This document shows, piece after piece, positions 57,184 to 64,000 of a stretch of 64,000 nt of DNA. Every line of letters begins with the position of its first letter. The stretch's first letter is position 1. The notes below the pieces were generated by a model that was not told the DNA's origin, did no database searches, and saw nothing but the letters and a program-made list of their open reading frames with translations. The stretch comes from Treponemataceae bacterium (GTDB lineage Bacteria; Spirochaetota; Spirochaetia; Treponematales; Rectinemataceae), in the NCBI GenBank assembly GCA_963667725.2, contig CAXXHO010000003.1:704001-768000 (forward strand). Reading direction: 5' to 3'. The position numbers and the translations under genes were made by a program.

Positions 57184-58380
57184 TCAGATGAACCGTACCG
57201 TGACTTCCTTCAGGTATTTCTCCTCGAGGAGGGCGGCCAGTCGCTTGATGACGTTCCTTCGTATCTCCAGTTCGACCGGCATGGTCGGGTCCTGGTGGGC
57301 TTCGTTTATCTTCGTGCCCACGAGAAATTCAATCGCGTCGGAATCGACAAGGAGCTGGAGGATCATCGCCGCGGCGTTTTCATCCAGGCTTTCCGGCTTG
57401 AAGTCCTGCTCGATGTATTCAATTACCTTGCCGAGGGTGAGAATCCCTTCCGTTATGAGGTCGGCGCCTTCCATGGCCGATGGCGGGGGGATGAGGGGGT
57501 CGGAAGCCTTGAGCGACACCCGGATTCGCTTTTTCAGTTCCCGGGCGATGATGTTGGCCGTCGTTCCTCCGCATATGATCTTCTTCCCATCGAAGGCGGA
57601 AAAGATCGCCGCGAGCTCGCCGTCATCCTCGGGATGGATGGGCGGCCCCGACGCGAGCAGCAGGCGCCTCGCCTGTCTGAAATACGCCGTGGTGCAGGTG
57701 ATGTCGTCCTTGGGCTCTCCCCCGTCATAGTATGCCGCCCGGAGGACGATGGCGCGGGCGATTTCCCTCGCCGAAATGTCGGATCGGGAGCGGATCAAGT
57801 CGTTCGTGAAATCGCGGACCCCTTTCAGCCCCCAGCCCAGGGGCATGGCCTTGCTGCCCATCCCCGCCTGCGTGACGCCGTCCGAAAAAAATATGAGCCT
57901 GTCCCCAAACTGAGCCTTGAATGTGGACCAATGAAGGACTGGCTTTTTCGGATGCTTGCCGATGCTTTCCCTGCTCGTGACCGCTATGTCGAGCTTTATC
58001 GGCTCCAGGTCCACGCCTTCCCTGATAAGGAGATAGGGAGGATTGTCGTATTCGATGATCCTGACCTCGGTTCCCTTCTCTATGTCCACGATCGTGAAGG
58101 TCGAGTAGCTGATCTTCCGTTCTGAACACACGGGCAGGGATTTCATGATGAGCCGGGCGGTCTTCCTGATGGGCATGTTGGAGGCGATGCAGCCCGTGGC
58201 GAGGGTGGCGGTGAGCGTAGCCAGCACGCCTGCCTTGATGCCGGAGCCGAGACCGTCCGACAGAACGGAAATTATCCTGTCGGAATCGTGAAGTTTTCTC
58301 GACATGAATACGTCGCCGGCGGCCAGTTCGCCCTGTTTCGCCAGCTGATAGTTGCCGATCTCGACGAAGTACCGGTTCAA
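57184..58380 (-). CDS. SpoIIE/PP2C-family Ser/Thr phosphatase (HfsC-like)
   Basis: GD, LSDGLGSG, YSTFT, FSDGV, DD.T and ICGGTTA motifs; TTG start overlaps the upstream stop. Confidence 0.9.
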   Translation of the reverse strand: MNRYFVEIGNYQLAKQGELAAGDVFMSRKLHDSDRIISVLSDGLGSGIKAGVLATLTATLATGCIASNMPIRKTARLIMKSLPVCSERKISYSTFTIVDIEKGTEVRIIEYDNPPYLLIREGVDLEPIKLDIAVTSRESIGKHPKKPVLHWSTFKAQFGDRLIFFSDGVTQAGMGSKAMPLGWGLKGVRDFTNDLIRSRSDISAREIARAIVLRAAYYDGGEPKDDITCTTAYFRQARRLLLASGPPIHPEDDGELAAIFSAFDGKKIICGGTTANIIARELKKRIRVSLKASDPLIPPPSAMEGADLITEGILTLGKVIEYIEQDFKPESLDENAAAMILQLLVDSDAIEFLVGTKINEAHQDPTMPVELEIRRNVIKRLAALLEEKYLKEVTVRFI

Positions 58381-60155
58381 GACGAGGTCCTTTCGGAATC
58401 GTCGTAGGAATCGCCCGGCCCCTGGGCCTGGAAGGATTCAATGATGGACGTGAGGGCCGATTCGGCGTCGGCCGCGTTTTCGCCCAGCAAATAGGCGATC
58501 TTCTGCACCGTCTTGAGGTTCTGGCGCATGACGGTCCGCGCCTGGTGGATGACCCTGTCCTTCTGTATCCATGGGGCGGTTATGTCCTGGAACAATCCAC
58601 CGGCAAGCAGGCCCTTCTCTATGCTAAATACGGTGCCGTGGATGACCCTGTCCTTTATGCGGAAGTCCGACGTGAGGCTGTCGGCGCGGCCAGCGGTGAG
58701 CACGTCCTGAAACGCCTGCCAGAAGGGCACGAGTTTCTTGATGTCGGCGTTTTCCATGGTCGGCCTGACCTCGAAAATGGCCATCGCCTCGGCGCCGAGC
58801 AGCTCGGCGAAGGGCTTGTTGGACTCCACCACGCGCATCGCTGCGTCCACGACGACAGCGGCCGAAGGCATGGCTTTGAGGAGAGCGTTGGCCTTTTTCT
58901 GCGCCAGGTTTCTCATGTAGGAAACGCACATGGTCTTTTCGGCCTTGTCCAGCAGCATCGCCCTGGCGAAGGCTCGGCATGAGTCATAGCCGCAGCCTGA
59001 ACAGTTCAATTCGTCCTTATGGCCATATTTTCCGATCGAGGCTAGGGCTAGCCTCAAGTTCTCGTCGGAGACGGCTTCTTCCTTCACCGGCCCTTCCATG
59101 AGCGAGCGGGGCTGGAGGAGCATCCCCGTTCTCAAGGGGGCTGGAGCCTCGTATTTCCGCGCGTCGGCGTAGGTCAGAACCCGCAGCCTTTTGGCGACCG
59201 TCCCCGAGCCGCGCGCGGATTTGGGGCCGTTGATGCAGCCTCCCTCGCAGGCTAGCAGCTCGATGAACAGCGTTTTATCTCCGGATGCGGGAAAATCGGC
59301 GTCGAGCGCGAGCTCTCCGCCCTGAACCGCCTCCCTGATCTGCCTAATGCCCGAGAAGGTCATGCAATGCGCGTCCTGGAGCCCGGCATGCTTGAGGGAG
59401 GCGATCATGCCTCCTTCGATAGGATAGAGCGCCCCATGGAAAGACCTTTTGGGGAACAGGTGGTCGTCATTCGTGGGCTGAATGGTCTTAATGTCGATTT
59501 TTTCTTCTTCGAGCCACGCCCGCAGCTCGCAGAAGGTCAGCGCGACGTCGATCGCGCCTTCCGACCCGTCGGCTTCTGTCTTTTTCGCTATGCAGGGGCC
59601 GGCGAAGATGACCGCCGTATCCTGTCCGAGCATGTCCTTCAGGTACCTTCCGTGGGCGACCATGGGCGAACAGACATCGGCGATATAACCCGAAAACGCC
59701 GGCAGATACTTATGAATGTATTGAACGACGGAAGGGCAGGCCGAGGAGATGAGAATCCCGGGTTTATTCTTTTTTATGGAACGGCTGAGTTCGGCCGATA
59801 CGAGATCGGCGCCGAAGGATGTTTCCGAGACGGCGTGGAAGCCCAAGGCCTTGATCGCGGCGACGATGTTTTCCATGGGTACGCCGGGAAATTCGGCGGC
59901 GAAGGAAGGCGCGATGGAGAGCACGGACTTGGCCCTGAGCCGAACCAGGATCTTGGCCCGCTCCAGATCGCTCCTCACTTTTTTCGCCTTCTGAGGGCAG
60001 ACTTCGACGCAGTGCCCGCAGTTGATACACAGCTCCCCCATGACTTTGGCGTGGTTTTCCGAGATGCGTATCGCCTTCACGGGGCATTCCCTCAGGCATT
60101 TGTAGCAATCCTGACAGGCCGTCAGCTCGGTATAGATGGCTTGATCCTTATTCAC
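58377..60155 (-). CDS. Sensory (group C) [FeFe]-hydrogenase with C-terminal PAS domain (HydS/HfsB-like)
   Basis: Two ferredoxin motifs; SSACP, GPCIAKK.E and ELLACEGGCINGP; Fe-S motif LNCSGCGY.SC...C; PAS domain; terminal IAYLLGE. Confidence 0.9.
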   Translation of the reverse strand: MNKDQAIYTELTACQDCYKCLRECPVKAIRISENHAKVMGELCINCGHCVEVCPQKAKKVRSDLERAKILVRLRAKSVLSIAPSFAAEFPGVPMENIVAAIKALGFHAVSETSFGADLVSAELSRSIKKNKPGILISSACPSVVQYIHKYLPAFSGYIADVCSPMVAHGRYLKDMLGQDTAVIFAGPCIAKKTEADGSEGAIDVALTFCELRAWLEEEKIDIKTIQPTNDDHLFPKRSFHGALYPIEGGMIASLKHAGLQDAHCMTFSGIRQIREAVQGGELALDADFPASGDKTLFIELLACEGGCINGPKSARGSGTVAKRLRVLTYADARKYEAPAPLRTGMLLQPRSLMEGPVKEEAVSDENLRLALASIGKYGHKDELNCSGCGYDSCRAFARAMLLDKAEKTMCVSYMRNLAQKKANALLKAMPSAAVVVDAAMRVVESNKPFAELLGAEAMAIFEVRPTMENADIKKLVPFWQAFQDVLTAGRADSLTSDFRIKDRVIHGTVFSIEKGLLAGGLFQDITAPWIQKDRVIHQARTVMRQNLKTVQKIAYLLGENAADAESALTSIIESFQAQGPGDSYDDSERTSS

Positions 60156-60460
60156 GCCGACGCTCCCTTATAATCCGAATCTCCCGTGTCTTTCACGCCT
60201 TCCTCGCCTTCCTCCGCCGGGAATTCATGTTCGAGGATGTCGCTTACGCTCGCGGAATTCACTTTCGTATAGATCGCCGATCCGATCTTCAGTATTGGAC
60301 CTTCGCGGCACCTTCCCTCGCAGAGGGTGCCGCCGAGCTCTATATGGGCATCCATCCGATGGTTTCTAAGCCATGTCTGTATCGCTTCCACATTGTAGGC
60401 GTTTCCTCTGGCATAGCAGGAACTGCCCATGCAGATGGTGATGGTTTTTTTAGGTTTCAT
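60152..60460 (-). CDS. Thioredoxin-like [2Fe-2S] protein (HfsA-like)
   Basis: ICMGSSCYARGN and LCEGRCREGP motifs. Confidence 0.87.
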   Translation of the reverse strand: MKPKKTITICMGSSCYARGNAYNVEAIQTWLRNHRMDAHIELGGTLCEGRCREGPILKIGSAIYTKVNSASVSDILEHEFPAEEGEEGVKDTGDSDYKGASA

Positions 60461-60470
60461 AAGATAAAAT

Positions 60471-60500
60471 ATTATATATAAAATACTATCTAATAGTCAA
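60471..60500 (-). promoter_or_regulatory. Promoter of the hydrogenase operon
   Basis: TTGACT-N18-TATAAT on the minus strand, 10 nt before ATG 60460; no SD sequence. Confidence 0.6.
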
Positions 60501-60558
60501 TACGCAAAGAGTATCGCTTGGACTGTACCCTGAGTCGCCGCTATGCTACTATAACTCC

Positions 60559-62379
60559 GTGGCAACTTCCAAACAAAATAACAAGCCCATATACGACGAA
60601 TCGAAGATCAAGACGCTGTCTTCCCTTGAGCATATCCGTCTTCGGACGGGCATGTACATCGGCAGGCTGGGCGACGGCTCGAATATCGACGACGGCATCT
60701 ATGTCCTTATAAAAGAAGTAATTGATAACTCTGTGGATGAGTTCATCATGGGGGCTGGAAACCGCATCGCGGTGACCGTGGCCGGCGACAGGATCCGCGT
60801 GAGGGACTACGGGCGCGGCATACCCCTCGGCAAGGTCATCGACTGCGTTTCGATCATCAATACGGGCGCCAAGTACAACGACGAGGTCTTCCAGTTCTCG
60901 GTAGGCCTGAACGGAGTTGGAACCAAAGCGGTCAACGCACTCTCGAAGAATTTCCACGTCGTCTCCTACCGAGACAGCCGTCTCTTCGAGGCGACCTTCG
61001 AGCGGGGAGTGCTGAAAAGTTCCCGCGAGGACTCGGCGGGCAGGGAGAAAAATGGTCTTCTTGTGGAATTCACCCCCGACACGGACATATTCCCCGAGTA
61101 CAGCTATAACATGGAGTTCCTGGAAAAGCGGATGTGGGCCTACGCCTGCCTCAATACGGGTCTCACGATCATCCTCAACGGCAAGGAATTCAAGGCCCAA
61201 CATGGACTTCTCGATCTTCTCGACTCGGAGGTCAACGGTTCAGCCCTCTACGACATAGGCTGGTACGTAGGCGACAAGATCGAGTTCTCCTTCACCCATA
61301 CCAACAACTACGGCGAGGAACATTTTTCCTTCGTCAACGGCCAGTATACCTCGGACGGCGGCACCCACCTTTCGGCCTTCCGCGAGGGCTTCCTCAAGGC
61401 GGTCAACGAATTCTACCAGGCTTCCTGGAAGGGCGAGGACATACGCGAGGGGGTGGCGGCGGCCGTGGCGGTCAAACTCCAGAATCCTCTCTTCGAGAGC
61501 CAGACCAAGAACAAGCTCGGCAACGCCGAAATCCGTCCCTGGATACAGCAGGAAGTGAAACGAGGCGTCGACGAGTTCCTGAGGCGCAATCCCGTGGCGG
61601 CCAAGAAGCTCCAGGAAAAGATACTCTCCAGCGAAAAGCTGCGCACCGAACTCAATGTGGTCAAGAAAGAAGCCAAGGAAGCGGCGAAAAAGATCGAACT
61701 CAAGATCCCCAAGCTCAAGGACTGCAAGTACCACCTGGGCGACGGGGAGAAGGGCGACGGATCGATGATCTTCATCACCGAGGGACAGTCGGCGGCCGGT
61801 TCGATGGTCAGTTCCCGCGATGTCTACACCCAGGCCATCTTCTCCCTCAGGGGCAAGCCGGAAAACATGTTCGGCAGGCGCCAGACCGCCATCTACAAGA
61901 ACGAGGAACTCTACAATCTCATGATGGCCCTGGGCATTGAGAACGAGCTGGAAAACCTGCGCTACGGCAAGATCATCATGGCCACCGACGCCGACTACGA
62001 CGGCTTTCACATCCGCAATCTCCTCCTCACCTTTTTCCTCACCTATTTCGAGGAACTGGTGACGCAAGGCAGGGTGTACATTCTCGAGACGCCCCTCTTC
62101 AGGGTCAGAACCAAGAAGGAGACGAGATACTGCTACAGCGCGCGGGAGCGGGACGAAGCCATCAAAGCCCTCGGCCCGAGCAGCGAGACGACGCGGTTCA
62201 AGGGCTTGGGGGAGATCAGCCCGGCTGAGTTCGGTCAGTTCATAGGAAAGGATCTGCGTATCGTGAAAGTGGATATACAGACCCTGGCCTCGGTGCCCGA
62301 GCTCCTCGAATTCTATATGGGCAAGAACACGCCCGATCGCAGGGAATACATCATGCAGAATCTCATCGCGGACCTCTAG
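60559..62379 (+). CDS. parE: DNA topoisomerase IV subunit B
   Basis: EHIR.R.GMYIG, EVIDNSVDE, GLNGVG, TEGQSA, LRGK, TDADYDG and RFKGLGE motifs; short form paired with parC. Confidence 0.9.
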   Translation: MATSKQNNKPIYDESKIKTLSSLEHIRLRTGMYIGRLGDGSNIDDGIYVLIKEVIDNSVDEFIMGAGNRIAVTVAGDRIRVRDYGRGIPLGKVIDCVSIINTGAKYNDEVFQFSVGLNGVGTKAVNALSKNFHVVSYRDSRLFEATFERGVLKSSREDSAGREKNGLLVEFTPDTDIFPEYSYNMEFLEKRMWAYACLNTGLTIILNGKEFKAQHGLLDLLDSEVNGSALYDIGWYVGDKIEFSFTHTNNYGEEHFSFVNGQYTSDGGTHLSAFREGFLKAVNEFYQASWKGEDIREGVAAAVAVKLQNPLFESQTKNKLGNAEIRPWIQQEVKRGVDEFLRRNPVAAKKLQEKILSSEKLRTELNVVKKEAKEAAKKIELKIPKLKDCKYHLGDGEKGDGSMIFITEGQSAAGSMVSSRDVYTQAIFSLRGKPENMFGRRQTAIYKNEELYNLMMALGIENELENLRYGKIIMATDADYDGFHIRNLLLTFFLTYFEELVTQGRVYILETPLFRVRTKKETRYCYSARERDEAIKALGPSSETTRFKGLGEISPAEFGQFIGKDLRIVKVDIQTLASVPELLEFYMGKNTPDRREYIMQNLIADL

Positions 62380-62388
62380 GAAGCAGCC

Positions 62389-64000
62389 ATGGCATACCTG
62401 AAGAAGCTTTTCAACGATAATTTCCTCTACTACGCCTCCTACGTCATAAAGGACCGCGCCATCCCCGATCTCGAGGACGGCCTCAAACCCGTACAGCGGC
62501 GCATTCTCCACTCCCTCTTCGAGATGGATGACGGCAAGTTCCATAAGGTGGCCAACGCGATAGGCCACTGCATGAAGTACCACCCCCACGGGGACCAGTC
62601 GATCGGCTCGGCCCTCGTCGTCCTGGCGAACAAGGAACTTTTCATAGACAAGCAGGGCAACTTCGGCAATATTTTCACGGGCGACGAGGCATCGGCCGCG
62701 CGATATATCGAATGCCGGGCTTCGGCCTTCGCCAAGGAAGTCTTCTACAATCCCAAGACGACTACCTACGTCGATTCCTACGACGGACGGAACAAGGAGC
62801 CCAGGCATTTCCCCGCCAAGCTCCCCGTCGTCCTTCTCATGGGCGCCGAGGGCATCGCGGTGGGGATGAGCACGAAGATCCTGCCCCATAATCCGGTGGA
62901 GGTGATCAAGGCCGAGATAGCCTGTCTTCAGGGCAAGAAATTCGAGGTCTACCCGGATTTCCCGACGGGCGGATCGATGGACCTCTCGGACTACAGGGAG
63001 GGCAACGGGAAGGTTCTCGTACGGGCCAAACTCGACACTTCCGATCCCAAGAAGATCGTGATCAGGGAGATTCCCTATTCCTCGACGACGGAAAGCCTCA
63101 TAGCGAGCATCGAGGCGGCTTCCCGCTCGGGCCAGCTCAAGATAGCCTCGATCTCCGATTTCACCACGGATAAAGTGGAGATCGAGATACGCCTCCAGCG
63201 CGGCGTGTACACTCAGGAAGTGATCGACGCTCTGTACGCCTTTACCGAGTGCGAGCAGAGCATCTCCTGCAACTGCCTCGTCATTCACGACCAGAAACCG
63301 GAGATCACGACCCCAGCCGAGATCGTCCGCCACCATGCCGACAAGCTTCTCGCCGTCCTGAAAAAGGAACTGGAGATAATCCGCGACGAACTGCTGGACG
63401 AGCTGCATGCCAGGACCCTCGAACGCATCTTCATCGAGGAGCGTGTCTACAAGCGCATCGAGAACAAAAAGACCCAGGAGACGGTCAACCTCGCCGTGCT
63501 CGAAGGGCTCGAGCCCTTCGCCAAGGAGATTGGCAGAGCGGTGACTCCCGAGGATATTGAACGCCTGCTGAAGATACCGATTCGCCGAATATCGCTGTAC
63601 GATATAGAAAAAGCGAAGGACGAGATGCGCAGGCTCGGCGATCGCCTCAAGGAAATCGAGGCGCATCTTCGCGGCCTCGTGGCCTATGCCGTAGACTTCC
63701 TCAAGGGCATGGCCAAGAAGCTTGAGTCCTCGTGGCCGCGGCGCACCGCCATCCAGAGCTTCTCCAAGATCGACGTCAAGGAAGCGGCGCGCCGCGACGT
63801 CGCGCTCCGCTACGACGAGCAGTCGGGGTATTTGGGGATGGCCGTCTCCTCGGGAGAAAAACTGCTCGAGGTTTCAGCCTTCGACCGCATTCTCATAGTC
63901 CGGCACAGTGGCATGTACTCGGTGGTGCCCGTTCCGGAAAAACTCTTCGTCGATCAGGGGCTTCAATGGGTGGCTGTCGCCAACAAGGAAGAGATCAGCT
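62389..64000 (+). CDS. parC: DNA topoisomerase IV subunit A (partial, runs off the window)
   Basis: Not in the ORF track; translated manually from ATG 62389. RAIPDLEDGLKPVQRRIL, KYHPHGD, active-site AARYIE and PDFPTGG. Confidence 0.9.
   Translation, partial: MAYLKKLFNDNFLYYASYVIKDRAIPDLEDGLKPVQRRILHSLFEMDDGKFHKVANAIGHCMKYHPHGDQSIGSALVVLANKELFIDKQGNFGNIFTGDEASAARYIECRASAFAKEVFYNPKTTTYVDSYDGRNKEPRHFPAKLPVVLLMGAEGIAVGMSTKILPHNPVEVIKAEIACLQGKKFEVYPDFPTGGSMDLSDYREGNGKVLVRAKLDTSDPKKIVIREIPYSSTTESLIASIEAASRSGQLKIASISDFTTDKVEIEIRLQRGVYTQEVIDALYAFTECEQSISCNCLVIHDQKPEITTPAEIVRHHADKLLAVLKKELEIIRDELLDELHARTLERIFIEERVYKRIENKKTQETVNLAVLEGLEPFAKEIGRAVTPEDIERLLKIPIRRISLYDIEKAKDEMRRLGDRLKEIEAHLRGLVAYAVDFLKGMAKKLESSWPRRTAIQSFSKIDVKEAARRDVALRYDEQSGYLGMAVSSGEKLLEVSAFDRILIVRHSGMYSVVPVPEKLFVDQGLQWVAVANKEEIS

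Noticed and set aside
61240..63666. 808-aa minus-strand ORF
   Set aside because: Antisense shadow of parE/parC, as expected in GC-rich coding DNA. The same applies to most other long overlapping ORFs in the track.
60559..64000. Calling the topoisomerase pair gyrB/gyrA
   Set aside because: The short B subunit and divergent A-subunit N-terminus fit the spirochaete-type ParE/ParC better.

Overview
A GC-rich chromosomal segment, most likely from an anaerobic spirochaete. This is inferred from the spirochaete-style parE/parC, the lipoprotein signal peptides and the [FeFe]-hydrogenases. Contents in order: (1) a Liv-type ABC operon followed by a LeuA/DRE-TIM enzyme and a butyrate kinase; (2) a TRAP transporter with two tandem enolase-superfamily dehydratases and a divergent FadR pair; (3) xylBA plus a LacI-regulated cluster with two Gfo/Idh/MocA oxidoreductases, two TIM-barrel isomerases and a sugar ABC transporter; (4) a PAS-GGDEF gene; (5) a long minus-strand run linking a DUF6305-like/DctM-like transporter, two peptidase-like enzymes and pgsB-pgsC-pgsW (poly-gamma-glutamate); (6) a P-type ATPase and a MarR/GbsR regulator; (7) a four-gene operon at 44376-49015; (8) U32 and flavin-reductase genes; (9) an ECF pantothenate transporter with a divergent coaX; (10) an hfs-like sensory/catalytic [FeFe]-hydrogenase operon; (11) parE and a partial parC. 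The four-gene operon is the most striking element. Its DUF2207-like membrane protein ends in a nine-fold Cys-(His/Tyr)-X-Ala repeat and is translationally coupled to a radical SAM/SPASM enzyme with an RRE-like N-terminus, which makes it a candidate for RiPP-type modification of a full-size membrane protein. Several genes also appear to be transcribed as leaderless mRNAs. I saw no rRNA, tRNA, CRISPR array or transposase. All family calls come from motif recognition by eye; no database searches were run.
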